Shown here: positions 42,124 to 56,924 of the stretch, piece by piece
How the letters are laid out: each line of letters opens with the position of its first letter
How positions within the stretch are numbered: the first letter of the stretch is position 1
The notes under the pieces: generated by a model
Seen by the model: the letters and a program-made list of their open reading frames with translations, nothing else
The model's database searches: none
Told to the model about the DNA's origin: nothing
DNA from: Escherichia coli
GTDB lineage: Bacteria > Pseudomonadota > Gammaproteobacteria > Enterobacterales > Enterobacteriaceae
Direction: 5' to 3' (one strand)
Length of the DNA: 64,000 nucleotides
NCBI RefSeq assembly: GCF_045037415.1
Contig: NZ_CP173438.1
Translations under genes and position numbers: made by a program

Positions 42124-42279
42124 AACCTGATTACCTCACTACATACGCTTATACGTTTAGACATCCAGATAGCTGAAGATAACCAGAAAATTTACCAATG
42201 TCGAGCCTGCATGTTGAAGGTGAGAAAGTTTCAAGGAAAAGGCTACGTTAGAATATAAGAATGACGAAAAGGAGAGAAA

Positions 42280-42723
42280 ATGGTTATTAGTATTCGACGC
42301 TCACGGCATGAGGAGGGGGAGGAACTCGTTGCGATTTGGTGTCGTTCTGTCGATGCCACTCACGATTTTTTATCAGCAGAGTATCGGGCCGAGCTGGAAG
42401 AGCTGGTGCATTCCTTTCTGCCGGAAGCACCGTTGTGGGTCGCGGTTAATGAGCGGGATCAGCCGATTGGATTTATGTTGTTAAGTGGGCAGCATATGGA
42501 TGCGCTGTTTATCGATCCTGATGTGCGCGGCTGCGGCGTGGGCCGGATGCTGGTGAAGCATGCGCTCTCAATGGCCCCGGAACTGACAACCACTGTTAAT
42601 GAGCAAAATGAGCAGGCGGTTGGGTTCTATAAGAAGGTGGGCTTTAAGGTTACGGGACGCTCTGAGGTGGACGATTTGGGGAAACCGTATCCGTTGCTGA
42701 ATCTGGCATATGTGGGGGTGTAG
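42280..42723 (+). CDS. yjaB: GNAT-family N-acetyltransferase
   Basis: 147 aa with acetyl-CoA binding motif (RGCGVGRMLVKHAL). Confidence 0.85.
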   Translation: MVISIRRSRHEEGEELVAIWCRSVDATHDFLSAEYRAELEELVHSFLPEAPLWVAVNERDQPIGFMLLSGQHMDALFIDPDVRGCGVGRMLVKHALSMAPELTTTVNEQNEQAVGFYKKVGFKVTGRSEVDDLGKPYPLLNLAYVGV

Positions 42724-42786
42724 GCGGTTTTTTTCTCATCCCGGTGGGCTGAACTTTAGGTTTCGTACCCACCAATGGTGACATGA

Positions 42787-43170
42787 TTATTTCTGCTTAA
42801 ACATTGCCATGACCGCACTATCACTGAGTACCACTGATTGCGCATGGATGTGGAACTGGCGATATTTCATTAACGTTGCCCCTGCGACCACTTCATGAAG
42901 AATGCGTTCCTCAACCTGTGACAAACCGCCCTCATTCATTTCCAGCGCGCTCACAACAATATCCATACGTTTTGCTGGCAAAAAAGAATGCCAGGTTGAA
43001 CGTGGGTGGAGTTGCAGAACAAGATCTTGCAGAACTTTTTCTGCAACAAAGAAATTGGCGATTAACAGGCGCTGGTTACTGAAGGCAGCATCTCCTGACA
43101 CTTCACGTTTGCTTTCAAGATCGCGAACAGTAATTTGATTACGACGAATTTGGATATACAGAACTGACAT
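42787..43170 (-). CDS. yjaA: YjaA, stress-induced protein
   Basis: start at MSVLYIQIRRNQITVRDLESKRE (127 aa) inside ORF 42787..43206. Confidence 0.8.
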   Translation of the reverse strand: MSVLYIQIRRNQITVRDLESKREVSGDAAFSNQRLLIANFFVAEKVLQDLVLQLHPRSTWHSFLPAKRMDIVVSALEMNEGGLSQVEERILHEVVAGATLMKYRQFHIHAQSVVLSDSAVMAMFKQK

Positions 43171-43204
43171 GAGATTCCCTTCATCATGCAAATAATTGAT
43201 ATGC

Positions 43205-43236
43205 AAAAAACCCCGGCCTTATTGACCGGGGTTTTT
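43205..43236 (-). terminator. rrn operon terminator (bidirectional hairpin)
   Basis: ccccggccttattgaccgggg flanked by A-run and T-run, just 3' of the 5S rRNA. Confidence 0.8.
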
Positions 43237-43244
43237 CTAATTTG

Positions 43245-43364
43245 ATGCCTGGCAGTTCCCTACTCTCGCATGGGGAGACCCCACACTACCATCGGCGCTA
43301 CGGCGTTTCACTTCTGAGTTCGGCATGGGGTCAGGTGGGACCACCGCGCTAAGGCCGCCAGGCA
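43245..43364 (-). rRNA. rrfE: 5S ribosomal RNA
   Basis: 120-nt reverse complement of the E. coli 5S sequence (TGCCTGGCGGC...GGGAACTGCCAGGCAT); operon letter inferred from neighbours purH and metA. Confidence 0.96.
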
Positions 43365-43464
43365 AATTCTGTTTTATCAACACGTCCCGTTATGACCTGT
43401 CGATTTAATCTGCTATCAAGCTTACTTATCGATGTCTCTTCCGCCAAAACATCTTCGGCGTTGT

Positions 43465-46368
<2,904 letters not shown>

Positions 46369-46561
46369 TCACAACCCGAAGATGTTTCTTGCGATTCATC
46401 ATCGTGTTGCGAAAATTTGAGAGACTCACGAACAACTCTCGTTGTTCAGTGTTTCAATTTTCAGCTTGATCCAGATTTTTAAAGAGCAAATATCTCAAAC
46501 ATCACCCGAAGATGAGTTTTGAGATATTAAGGCAGGTGACTTTCACTCACAAACCAGCAAG

Positions 46562-46637
46562 TGGCGTCCCCTAGGGGATTCGAACCCCTGTTACCGCCGT
46601 GAAAGGGCGGTGTCCTGGGCCTCTAGACGAAGGGGAC
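46562..46637 (-). tRNA. gltV: tRNA-Glu (UUC) in 16S-23S spacer
   Basis: rc matches GTCCCCTTCGTCTAGAGGCCCAGGACACCGCCCTTTCACGGCGGTAACAGGGGTTCGAATCCCCTAGGGGACGCCA. Confidence 0.96.
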
Positions 46638-46722
46638 GTATCAGTCTGCTTCGCAAGACGCCTTGCTTTTCACTTTCTATCAGACAATCTGTGTGAGCAC
46701 TGCAAAGTACGCTTCTTTAAGG

Positions 46723-48264
<1,542 letters not shown>

Positions 48265-48448
48265 AAAAGTTTGATGCTCAAAGAATTAAACTTCGTAATG
48301 AATTACGTGTTCACTCCTGAGACTTGGTATTCATTTTTCGTCTTGCGACGTCAAGAATCCGTATCTTCGAGTGCCCACACAGATTGTCTGATAAATTGTT
48401 AAAGAGCAGTTGCGACGCGGCTTTCAGCTCACTGTCGCGAGGTGGCGT

Positions 48449-48476
48449 ATATTACGCTTTCCTCTTTCAGAGTCAA
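48449..48476 (-). promoter_or_regulatory. rrn P2 promoter (-35 TTGACT, -10 TAATAT, 16-bp spacer)
   Basis: minus strand reads ttgactctgaaagaggaaagcgtaatatacgcc upstream of 16S. Confidence 0.6.
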
Positions 48477-48558
48477 CCCTGAATTTCAGGATTTTTCTCT
48501 TCAACCGAACCGGCTGTTTGTGTGAAGTGATTCACATCCGCCGTGTCGATGGAGGCGC

Positions 48559-48586
48559 ATTATAGGGAGTTCTCCGCAGGCCGCAA
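48559..48586 (-). promoter_or_regulatory. rrn P1 promoter (-35 TTGCGG, -10 TATAAT, GC-rich discriminator)
   Basis: minus strand reads ttgcggcctgcggagaactccctataatgcgcctcc; AT-rich UP-like tract upstream at 48591..48620. Confidence 0.65.
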
Positions 48587-48757
48587 TAGAAAAATTGCAG
48601 AAAAATGACTGACTGCTGCATTCCCCAGCAAAACCCCGCTTTATACCTTTTTACACACAGAGTTATCCACAATCATCAATGTAATTTCTGTATTTTTCCC
48701 ACGGTAGCCACTGTCAAAATTGTGATCACCATTGAAAGAGAAAAATTCGCGAGCGTT

Positions 48758-48773
48758 GCGCAAACGTTTTCGT
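48758..48773. promoter_or_regulatory. PurR operator (PUR box) upstream of purH
   Basis: gcgcaaacgttttcgt matches the PurR box core ACGCAAACGTTTTC. Confidence 0.7.
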
Positions 48774-48880
48774 TACAATGCGGGCGAAAAATAAGGATGC
48801 CCCGTTAGGGGCGTTAGCTGAGTTTTTCGCGAAAAATTCAGCTAACGCTCTCTGTAATAGTCAAATCCAGGGGATTTACC

Positions 48881-50470
48881 ATGCAACAACGTCGTCCAGT
48901 CCGCCGCGCTCTGCTCAGTGTTTCTGACAAAGCCGGTATCGTCGAATTCGCCCAGGCACTTTCCGCACGCGGTGTGGAGCTGCTGTCTACAGGGGGCACT
49001 GCCCGTCTGTTAGCAGAAAAATGTCTGCCGGTAACCGAAGTTTCCGATTACACCGGTTTCCCGGAGATGATGGATGGACGCGTGAAGACCCTGCATCCGA
49101 AAGTACATGGTGGCATTCTGGGCCGTCGCGGCCAGGACGATGCCATTATGGAAGAACATCAGATCCAGCCTATCGATATGGTGGTTGTTAACCTGTATCC
49201 GTTCGCCCAGACCGTCGCTCGTGAAGGCTGCTCGCTGGAAGATGCGGTAGAGAACATCGATATCGGCGGCCCAACGATGGTGCGCTCCGCCGCCAAGAAC
49301 CATAAAGATGTCGCAATCGTGGTGAAGAGCAGCGACTACGACGCCATTATTAAAGAGATGGATGCCAACGAAGGATCGCTGACGCTTGCAACCCGTTTCG
49401 ACCTCGCCATCAAAGCCTTCGAACACACTGCCGCCTACGACAGCATGATTGCCAACTACTTCGGCAGCATGGTTCCGGCTTACCACGGTGAAAGCAAAGA
49501 AGCCGCCGGTCGCTTCCCACGCACGCTGAACCTGAACTTCATTAAGAAGCAGGATATGCGTTACGGCGAGAACAGCCACCAGCAGGCTGCCTTCTATATA
49601 GAAGAGAATGTGAAAGAAGCCTCCGTTGCTACCGCAACCCAGGTTCAGGGTAAAGCTCTCTCTTATAACAACATCGCCGATACCGATGCGGCGCTGGAGT
49701 GCGTGAAAGAGTTCGCCGAGCCGGCATGTGTGATTGTGAAGCACGCCAACCCTTGCGGCGTGGCTATCGGCAATTCCATTCTTGATGCTTACGATCGCGC
49801 GTACAAAACCGACCCAACCTCCGCATTCGGCGGCATCATTGCCTTTAACCGCGAACTGGATGCTGAAACCGCGCAGGCCATCATTTCTCGTCAGTTCGTC
49901 GAAGTGATTATTGCGCCGTCCGCCAGCGAAGAAGCCCTGAAAATCACCGCCGCCAAGCAGAACGTACGCGTTCTGACCTGCGGTCAGTGGGGCGAACGTA
50001 TTCCGGGTCTTGATTTCAAACGCGTGAACGGCGGTCTACTGGTTCAGGATCGCGATCTGGGGATGGTCGGTGCGGAAGAACTGCGCGTCGTCACCAAACG
50101 TCAGCCGACTGAACAGGAACTTCGTGATGCGCTGTTCTGCTGGAAAGTGGCGAAGTTCGTGAAATCCAACGCTATCGTCTATGCCAAAAACAATATGACC
50201 ATCGGTATTGGCGCAGGCCAGATGAGCCGCGTGTACTCCGCGAAAATCGCCGGTATTAAAGCTGCCGATGAAGGTTTGGAAGTGAAAGGTTCGTCAATGG
50301 CTTCTGACGCGTTCTTCCCGTTCCGCGACGGTATTGATGCCGCAGCCGCTGCGGGCGTGACCTGCGTAATCCAGCCTGGCGGTTCTATCCGTGATGACGA
50401 AGTAATTGCCGCCGCCGACGAGCACGGTATTGCGATGCTCTTCACCGACATGCGCCACTTCCGCCATTAA
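48881..50470 (+). CDS. purH: AICAR transformylase / IMP cyclohydrolase
   Basis: 529 aa [27 protein letters not shown]... Confidence 0.97.
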   Translation: MQQRRPVRRALLSVSDKAGIVEFAQALSARGVELLSTGGTARLLAEKCLPVTEVSDYTGFPEMMDGRVKTLHPKVHGGILGRRGQDDAIMEEHQIQPIDMVVVNLYPFAQTVAREGCSLEDAVENIDIGGPTMVRSAAKNHKDVAIVVKSSDYDAIIKEMDANEGSLTLATRFDLAIKAFEHTAAYDSMIANYFGSMVPAYHGESKEAAGRFPRTLNLNFIKKQDMRYGENSHQQAAFYIEENVKEASVATATQVQGKALSYNNIADTDAALECVKEFAEPACVIVKHANPCGVAIGNSILDAYDRAYKTDPTSAFGGIIAFNRELDAETAQAIISRQFVEVIIAPSASEEALKITAAKQNVRVLTCGQWGERIPGLDFKRVNGGLLVQDRDLGMVGAEELRVVTKRQPTEQELRDALFCWKVAKFVKSNAIVYAKNNMTIGIGAGQMSRVYSAKIAGIKAADEGLEVKGSSMASDAFFPFRDGIDAAAAAGVTCVIQPGGSIRDDEVIAAADEHGIAMLFTDMRHFRH

Positions 50471-50481
50471 TGGAGCGACAG

Positions 50482-51771
50482 ATGAAAGTATTAGTGATCG
50501 GTAACGGCGGGCGCGAGCACGCGCTGGCCTGGAAAGCGGCTCAGTCGCCGCTGGTTGAAACTGTTTTTGTTGCTCCGGGCAATGCAGGCACTGCGCTGGA
50601 ACCCGCGCTACAGAACGTCGCTATCGGCGTAACCGATATCCCGGCGCTGCTGGATTTCGCACAAAACGAAAAGGTAGATCTAACCATCGTCGGCCCGGAA
50701 GCGCCGCTGGTGAAAGGCGTAGTCGATACCTTCCGCGCCGCCGGGCTGAAAATCTTCGGCCCAACCGCAGGTGCTGCACAACTGGAAGGTTCTAAAGCAT
50801 TCACCAAAGACTTTCTGGCCCGCCATAACATTCCCACAGCGGAATACCAGAACTTCACCGAGGTAGAACCTGCGCTGGCATATCTGCGTGAGAAAGGCGC
50901 GCCAATCGTCATTAAAGCTGACGGTCTGGCAGCCGGGAAAGGCGTTATCGTGGCGATGACGCTGGAAGAAGCTGAAGCAGCTGTTCACGATATGCTGGCG
51001 GGCAACGCGTTTGGCGACGCGGGTCATCGTATTGTTATCGAAGAGTTCCTCGACGGTGAAGAAGCGAGCTTTATCGTGATGGTGGACGGCGAGCATGTGC
51101 TACCGATGGCCACCAGCCAGGATCACAAACGCGTAGGCGATAAAGATACCGGGCCAAACACCGGCGGAATGGGGGCTTACTCTCCTGCGCCGGTAGTGAC
51201 CGATGAAGTTCATCAGCGCACCATGGAACGTATCATCTGGCCAACCGTGAAAGGCATGGCGGCGGAAGGCAACACCTACACCGGTTTTCTCTATGCGGGC
51301 CTGATGATCGACAAACAGGGTAATCCAAAGGTTATTGAATTTAACTGCCGCTTTGGCGATCCGGAAACCCAGCCGATTATGCTGCGCATGAAGTCCGATC
51401 TGGTTGAGCTCTGCCTGGCGGCCTGTGAAGGCAAGCTGGACGAGAAAACGTCCGAGTGGGATGAACGCGCTTCTCTCGGCGTGGTGATGGCTGCGGGTGG
51501 ATATCCGGGCGATTACCGCACCGGCGATGTGATCCACGGCCTGCCGCTGGAAGAAGTGGCAGACGGCAAAGTGTTCCACGCGGGCACGAAACTGGCGGAT
51601 GACGAGCAGGTAGTGACCAGCGGCGGGCGCGTACTGTGCGTTACCGCGCTGGGTCATACCGTGGCAGAAGCGCAGAAACGCGCTTATGCCTTAATGACCG
51701 ATATCCATTGGGACGACTGCTTCTGCCGGAAAGATATCGGCTGGCGCGCTATCGAACGCGAGCAGAACTAA
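50482..51771 (+). CDS. purD: phosphoribosylamine-glycine ligase
   Basis: start at MKVLVIGNGGREHALAWK (429 aa). Confidence 0.96.
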   Translation: MKVLVIGNGGREHALAWKAAQSPLVETVFVAPGNAGTALEPALQNVAIGVTDIPALLDFAQNEKVDLTIVGPEAPLVKGVVDTFRAAGLKIFGPTAGAAQLEGSKAFTKDFLARHNIPTAEYQNFTEVEPALAYLREKGAPIVIKADGLAAGKGVIVAMTLEEAEAAVHDMLAGNAFGDAGHRIVIEEFLDGEEASFIVMVDGEHVLPMATSQDHKRVGDKDTGPNTGGMGAYSPAPVVTDEVHQRTMERIIWPTVKGMAAEGNTYTGFLYAGLMIDKQGNPKVIEFNCRFGDPETQPIMLRMKSDLVELCLAACEGKLDEKTSEWDERASLGVVMAAGGYPGDYRTGDVIHGLPLEEVADGKVFHAGTKLADDEQVVTSGGRVLCVTALGHTVAEAQKRAYALMTDIHWDDCFCRKDIGWRAIEREQN

Positions 51772-53093
51772 CGCGACAGTTTTGCCAATAGCGTTTTGCG
51801 CGTGATCCCTAACTGGCGGGCGGCTTCGGTTTTGTTGCCGCCCGTTTTCTCCAGCGCCGCCAGAATCACCTCTTTTTCGACTTCCACCAGCGGCTGAATA
51901 TCCTGACTTTGTACCAGCGGGATCGGCGTACTGGCAATCGCCAGCGGCAGCTCGCGTTCGGAAATATATTCCCCGGTCAGCAGCACCACCGCCCGTTCCA
52001 CCGCGTTTTCCAGTTCACGAATATTTCCCGGCCAGTCGTAATGAATCAGCAGATCCATCGCCTGGGGCGTAAAGCCTTTTACCGCCTTGCGATTACGTTC
52101 GGCAAAGCGCTGAAGAAAATGGCCAGCCAGCAGAGGAATATCTTCCCGCCGTTGCCGCAGCGATGGTACTTCAATCGCCACCACGTTCAGCCGATAGTAG
52201 AGATCCTGGCGAAAACGCCCGGCATTCACCTCTGCGGCAAGATCGCGATGGGTCGCCGCAATCAGCCGGACATCAACCGAGATAGTCTGGTTGCTGCCGA
52301 CACGTTGCACTTCGCGCTCCTGAATCGCACGCAGCAGACGAACCTGCATCATCGGCGAGATATCGCCAATCTCATCGAGAAACAGCGTGCCGCCGTCCGC
52401 CTCAACAAAGCGCCCTTCTCGCCGTTTGTCGGCTCCGGTAAACGCCCCTTTTTCATGACCGAACAATTCAGATTCCAGCAAGGATTCGTTGAGTGCCGCA
52501 CAGTTGAGCGTTACCAGCGGTTTTTCGCTACGTGCGCTACTGGCGTGAATCGCCCTGGCGACCAGCTCTTTACCGGTACCGGAATCGCCGTGGATCAGCA
52601 CCGTGGCTTCCGATGGCGCGACGAGGGCGATTTCACTGAGCAGGTGTTGCATCGCCGGGCTTTTACCGACCATACCGAACTGGCTGGCAGACACCGCAGG
52701 CGTTTCAGCGTCGATACTGTGCGTATGCGCGAGCGCCTTTTCCAGCGTTGCCTGCAGGTTATCGAAATCCAGCGGCTTGATGAGGTAATCCAGCGCCCCG
52801 GTTTTCAGTGCCTCTACCGCCGTCTCGACGCTGGAGTACGCGGTCATAATCAGTACCGGAATCGCCGGATTTAACGCTTTGATCTCTTTTAGCGTGGCGA
52901 TGCCGTCCATCTCTGCCATTCGCACATCGCAAAGCACAAGATCGAAAACCTGTTCCCGCACCTGCTCCAGCGCCTGTCGCCCGCTGTTCGCCAGCGCGAC
53001 GTTATAGCCCCAGCCGCGCAGTAAAGCCTGCAAAATAGTGCAGTGGCTAATGTCATCATCCACCACCAGAATATCGATATTATCGTGCGTCAT
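51768..53093 (-). CDS. zraR: sigma-54-dependent response regulator ZraR (HydG)
   Basis: 441 aa; receiver domain, AAA+ sigma54-activation domain ([14 protein letters not shown]), C-terminal HTH. Confidence 0.93.
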   Translation of the reverse strand: MTHDNIDILVVDDDISHCTILQALLRGWGYNVALANSGRQALEQVREQVFDLVLCDVRMAEMDGIATLKEIKALNPAIPVLIMTAYSSVETAVEALKTGALDYLIKPLDFDNLQATLEKALAHTHSIDAETPAVSASQFGMVGKSPAMQHLLSEIALVAPSEATVLIHGDSGTGKELVARAIHASSARSEKPLVTLNCAALNESLLESELFGHEKGAFTGADKRREGRFVEADGGTLFLDEIGDISPMMQVRLLRAIQEREVQRVGSNQTISVDVRLIAATHRDLAAEVNAGRFRQDLYYRLNVVAIEVPSLRQRREDIPLLAGHFLQRFAERNRKAVKGFTPQAMDLLIHYDWPGNIRELENAVERAVVLLTGEYISERELPLAIASTPIPLVQSQDIQPLVEVEKEVILAALEKTGGNKTEAARQLGITRKTLLAKLSR

Positions 53094-54466
53094 CCTTGTG
53101 GGTCCTTACGCGTAATATTGACCGGAAGCCAGAGGGTGAACGTTGCGCCTTTCCCCTCCTGGCTTGCAACCTGAATTGTACCACCGTGTTGTTCAACAAT
53201 ATTATGCACGACCGCCAGCCCCAGTCCGGTGCCTTCGGCTTTGGTGGTGAAGTACGGAGTGAAGATGGCTTCAAGCTGATCCGCCGCAATTCCCTTACCG
53301 CTGTCGGTAACGCTGATTTTCACGCCCGCGCCGCTTTCGCTGGCCGTCACGCTAATCACGCCATGCAGACCAATCGCCTGAATAGCGTTGAGATAGAGAT
53401 TCAACAGGACCTGAGTCAGCCTGTCCGGATCGGCCTGAATTTCCGGTAATGTGTCGTTGGCGGTAAAGCGTAACTGGATCTCCCGGCTGTTTGCATCCTG
53501 GCTTACCAGCTGTAATGAGTGGCTAATCAGCGTGTTGAGCTCCACCGCCTGCAAAGCCAGATGCGTTGGCTTAACCAGTTCCAGCAGCTCGCTTACCACG
53601 CGGTTTAAACGGTCGGCTTCTTTCGCCATCACCTGCGCCAATTGATGCGCTTCTCCCCCTGCTGGCGCGCGTTCGGCAAAGTATTTCGCCAGCCCTTTAA
53701 TCGAGGAAAGTGGGTTACGGATTTCGTGGGCAACGCCTGCCGCAAGATGCCCCAGTGCCACCAGCTTCTCTTTGCGCTTCATTTCATCCTGCAACAGCTG
53801 GCCCGAGCGCAGATATCGGCGATACCAGAAGAATGACAACACGCTTGCCAGCAAGACCGTCGCCAGGGCGAAGAGGATAATCAGGGTGTTTCTCTGCTCA
53901 CGATCTTCGGCACTCACAATGTTACTGGCGTCGAAAGCGATAAAAATTGCTTGTGGTGTCGCGGCATACTGCTGCATATGGCGCATCCGGTGCATTCCAG
54001 CAGCAAACATCGGTTGAAACTGGCGATAAATTTCCAGAACAGGCTCGCCGTCTGCGCTATCGATCCGCCGCCACGCTTCTTCATCTCCCGGATGTAACTG
54101 CTGCATTTCCTGCGGGGAATAAAGCTGTTTTCCCACCATGCCGGAGTTGCTATGCATCACGATTGTTCCTTGTTCATCCGTGACCGCAAACCAACGTACT
54201 CCAGGCTGCCCGGCCATTTCTTCCAGTAAGGCCTGCTGCTGCGCATGATGCATGCGCATCCCCATTCCGACGCGCGAGCCGGATTCGAGAGCACGGATAA
54301 GTACACTGCCTTTTTCCAGCAGCGTTTGTCTGGCGGCGGCAGTCTCGCGCCCATAATCGCGAATCACTGTCACCGCAAACAGCCCCACCAGCCCAACAAT
54401 GACCACGGGGAGGATCGCGCTTAACCATTTAGCTAAGGAGTCTTTAGAACGTTGCATAAAACGCAT
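53090..54466 (-). CDS. zraS: sensor histidine kinase ZraS (HydH)
   Basis: 458 aa; TM segments, H-box (HEIRNPL) and ATPase motifs; 4-nt overlap with zraR. Confidence 0.9.
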   Translation of the reverse strand: MRFMQRSKDSLAKWLSAILPVVIVGLVGLFAVTVIRDYGRETAAARQTLLEKGSVLIRALESGSRVGMGMRMHHAQQQALLEEMAGQPGVRWFAVTDEQGTIVMHSNSGMVGKQLYSPQEMQQLHPGDEEAWRRIDSADGEPVLEIYRQFQPMFAAGMHRMRHMQQYAATPQAIFIAFDASNIVSAEDREQRNTLIILFALATVLLASVLSFFWYRRYLRSGQLLQDEMKRKEKLVALGHLAAGVAHEIRNPLSSIKGLAKYFAERAPAGGEAHQLAQVMAKEADRLNRVVSELLELVKPTHLALQAVELNTLISHSLQLVSQDANSREIQLRFTANDTLPEIQADPDRLTQVLLNLYLNAIQAIGLHGVISVTASESGAGVKISVTDSGKGIAADQLEAIFTPYFTTKAEGTGLGLAVVHNIVEQHGGTIQVASQEGKGATFTLWLPVNITRKDPQG

Positions 54467-54564
54467 CTTCTTCTTTGCCTGCCCATCCCTTTCTGACAGC
54501 AGAAATCATGCCATCTTTTATCAGCGCTTACCCTGCGCTGTAACACAAAGGCTTAAGTTTCAAT

Positions 54565-54610
54565 GAGTAAAAATGACTCGCTACCCACAACAGGCGAGTC
54601 ATTTTTACTC
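54565..54610. promoter_or_regulatory. inverted repeat gagtaaaaatgactcgc / gcgagtcatttttactc, ZraR enhancer-type site
   Basis: two 17-bp arms in perfect inverted orientation separated by 12 bp in the zraS-zraP divergent region. Confidence 0.7.
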
Positions 54611-54652
54611 GTTTATCATGCCAGATTACCCGTCATATCAGCGTTTCGCCGT

Positions 54653-54668
54653 TGGCACGAAAGATGCA
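54653..54668 (+). promoter_or_regulatory. sigma-54 promoter of zraP (TGGCAC-N5-ATGCA)
   Basis: tggcacgaaagatgca ~35 nt upstream of the zraP start. Confidence 0.75.
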
Positions 54669-54703
54669 ATACCCGAAGTAAGACAACCACTGGAGGATTA
54701 ACC

Positions 54704-55123
54704 ATGAAACGGAACACGAAAATTGCCCTGGTAATGATGGCGCTTTCAGCAATGGCGATGGGATCGACATCGGCATTTGCTCACGGCGGACACGGTATGT
54801 GGCAGCAAAATGCCGCGCCTTTGACCAGCGAACAACAAACAGCGTGGCAGAAAATCCATAATGACTTTTACGCTCAAAGCAGCGCACTGCAACAGCAACT
54901 GGTGACAAAGCGTTATGAATACAATGCCCTGTTAGCCGCGAACCCACCGGATAGCAGCAAAATTAACGCGGTCGCCAAAGAGATGGAGAATTTGCGTCAG
55001 TCGTTAGATGAGTTACGGGTGAAACGAGATATTGCGATGGCTGAAGCGGGTATTCCGCGCGGTACCGGAATGGGTTACGGCGGCTGCGGTGGTGGCGGTC
55101 ATATGGGTATGGGCCACTGGTAA
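54704..55123 (+). CDS. zraP: zinc-resistance-associated periplasmic protein
   Basis: start at MKRNTKIALVMMALSAMAMGSTSAFA with RBS ggagg; Gly/His/Met-rich C-terminus. Confidence 0.88.
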   Translation: MKRNTKIALVMMALSAMAMGSTSAFAHGGHGMWQQNAAPLTSEQQTAWQKIHNDFYAQSSALQQQLVTKRYEYNALLAANPPDSSKINAVAKEMENLRQSLDELRVKRDIAMAEAGIPRGTGMGYGGCGGGGHMGMGHW

Positions 55124-55124
55124 A

Positions 55125-55826
55125 TCAGAACGTTTTCTCGTTGGGTTGCCAGCGACAGAAATCAGAGTTTGCCACCAACAGTAATTGCGAACCTTCGGGC
55201 GCTTCCAGCCATGCCACGCTGACATCAACAGAAGAACGGCTCTGGCGGCGCTCGATATGCGCTATCGCCTGCGAATCTAAATCAGGTTTAATGGTTTGCC
55301 CTTCGCAGGTGGTCACAGTCTGCTCCATCGCATGCCAGCGCCCCTGGCGCAGCACGACTCTCCCCTGGCGTAAGGCATCGCTAATCTCGCGGATCTGCGC
55401 GGCACGATAACGGTATAAATCGATCTGATCATTGGAAAGCTGCTGCTTTTGCCCGTCGGATTCACGTTGCATAAAGCTCAAGTCACCGCGATCGTCAAAA
55501 CGCGCCCGGATGTTTACCGGCGGTTTGCTGTAAACGTTGATATTGATAAGCGTGAGGTTATCGCCCTGCCAGCGATACTCTCGCGTCGTCGTATCGCCAC
55601 TGCGCCACGGGCTAAACACGGCAAGAAGATGCACATTATCGCCGCTGTCTTTTCGCCAGATGCGTACCGCGCCCTGGTCTTCAGCAAATCCACTGGCGGT
55701 AAAGGGAGGAAGTGAAGAGTTGTGACTACAGGCAGTGAGAAACAGCGCACCTGCCAGCATCAATGATCGACGCCAGAAAGACAAAAGGGGTGAAACCACC
55801 CCTTCGTTAAAACTGTTCACTGCCAC
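55125..55826 (-). CDS. yjaH: YjaH lipoprotein (DUF1481)
   Basis: ORF of 233 aa with lipobox-like LTACS; exact start uncertain. Confidence 0.8.
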   Translation of the reverse strand: MAVNSFNEGVVSPLLSFWRRSLMLAGALFLTACSHNSSLPPFTASGFAEDQGAVRIWRKDSGDNVHLLAVFSPWRSGDTTTREYRWQGDNLTLININVYSKPPVNIRARFDDRGDLSFMQRESDGQKQQLSNDQIDLYRYRAAQIREISDALRQGRVVLRQGRWHAMEQTVTTCEGQTIKPDLDSQAIAHIERRQSRSSVDVSVAWLEAPEGSQLLLVANSDFCRWQPNEKTF

Positions 55827-55832
55827 GCAATC

Positions 55833-56105
55833 TTACTTAACTGCGTCTTTCAGTGCCTTGCCAGAAACAAATGCCGGTACGTTAGCTGCGGCAATTTTGA
55901 TTTCTTTACCGGTCTGCGGGTTGCGGCCAGTACGCTCAGCGCGGTGGTTCACTTTGAAGGTACCGAAACCAACCAGTTGTACAGCATCGCCTTCTTTCAG
56001 AGACTCAGTAATTGCAGCCAGAGTGGACTCCAGAGCAGCTTTAGCCTGGGTTTTGGACAGTTCTGCTTTCTCTGCAATTACATCAATCAGTTGAGTCTTG
56101 TTCAT
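55833..56105 (-). CDS. hupA: DNA-binding protein HU-alpha
   Basis: 90 aa [58 protein letters not shown]... Confidence 0.97.
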
Positions 56106-56291
56106 AAGTTATCCTTACAATGTGTTTATCGCTTGCTAAGCATCGAGTGCGACGGAAATGCCAGAATAGCACTCTCCTGCATACACGCACCGATAGCCAC
56201 TTTTTTTCGCCCCCCAAATGTAGACCAGACGGGGGGCGAAAGGGAAGACTCCAGGTACGACAAATCAGGCGTTAAATCACGTTTTCTGGTC

Positions 56292-56882
56292 TTATTGCTG
56301 AAAAATTATACCAATATTGCTCTCACCCGCCTCACGCAGGTCTGCCCTAAGGCCTTTTATCAGCTCGATATCGCGTTCTTCACACTCAGCTAAAAGTCGG
56401 AATATTTCCCACTGAATGTCCCATTCTTGCTCTACAGCTGGGTTTTCTTTGAGCTCTTCATCGCTCATTTCGCGACCAGCCTGAGTCATTTCCAGCATCG
56501 CAACGGTCGTGATGGAGGTCTTACTCACTTCCACCGCGTGTTCGAGCGTTTCGCCACTTAAACGCGAATGAACCAGTTCACTTAACGCCACGCAAGCATC
56601 GATTGCCGGATAAACGCCGTACAGATCGAAATCGTCGGCTGAAGGAATCGCTTCTTCAAATTTCTCCAGTTGGCTGTCGAAATTTACTTTTGCATCTTTG
56701 ACGGTCAGCGTTTCCCAAATGAGATCGAGAATGCGGCGGTAAATCTGCCCATCGCCGAAGCCGGTTTGCTGACAGAATACGGCGTAATTGGGGTACATGC
56801 GTTCGCATAAGCAGGCCATAAAAGTGACATGCTGCCAGCTTGCCAGGCGCTCCAGACGCAGATGAATTGGGTTTTGTAACAT
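56292..56882 (-). CDS. yjaG: YjaG (DUF416)
   Basis: 196-aa acidic protein; position between hupA and nfi. Confidence 0.85.
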   Translation of the reverse strand: MLQNPIHLRLERLASWQHVTFMACLCERMYPNYAVFCQQTGFGDGQIYRRILDLIWETLTVKDAKVNFDSQLEKFEEAIPSADDFDLYGVYPAIDACVALSELVHSRLSGETLEHAVEVSKTSITTVAMLEMTQAGREMSDEELKENPAVEQEWDIQWEIFRLLAECEERDIELIKGLRADLREAGESNIGIIFQQ

Positions 56883-56924
56883 GTTGAGTTCTCAAATACG
56901 GAAATTATCCGCAGTTTACCTGAA

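Noticed and set aside
42124-42279. MetJ boxes upstream of metA
   Set aside because: Sequences like tagacatccagatagct loosely resemble met-box repeats (AGACGTCT) but I could not find clean tandem 8-mers, so not annotated.
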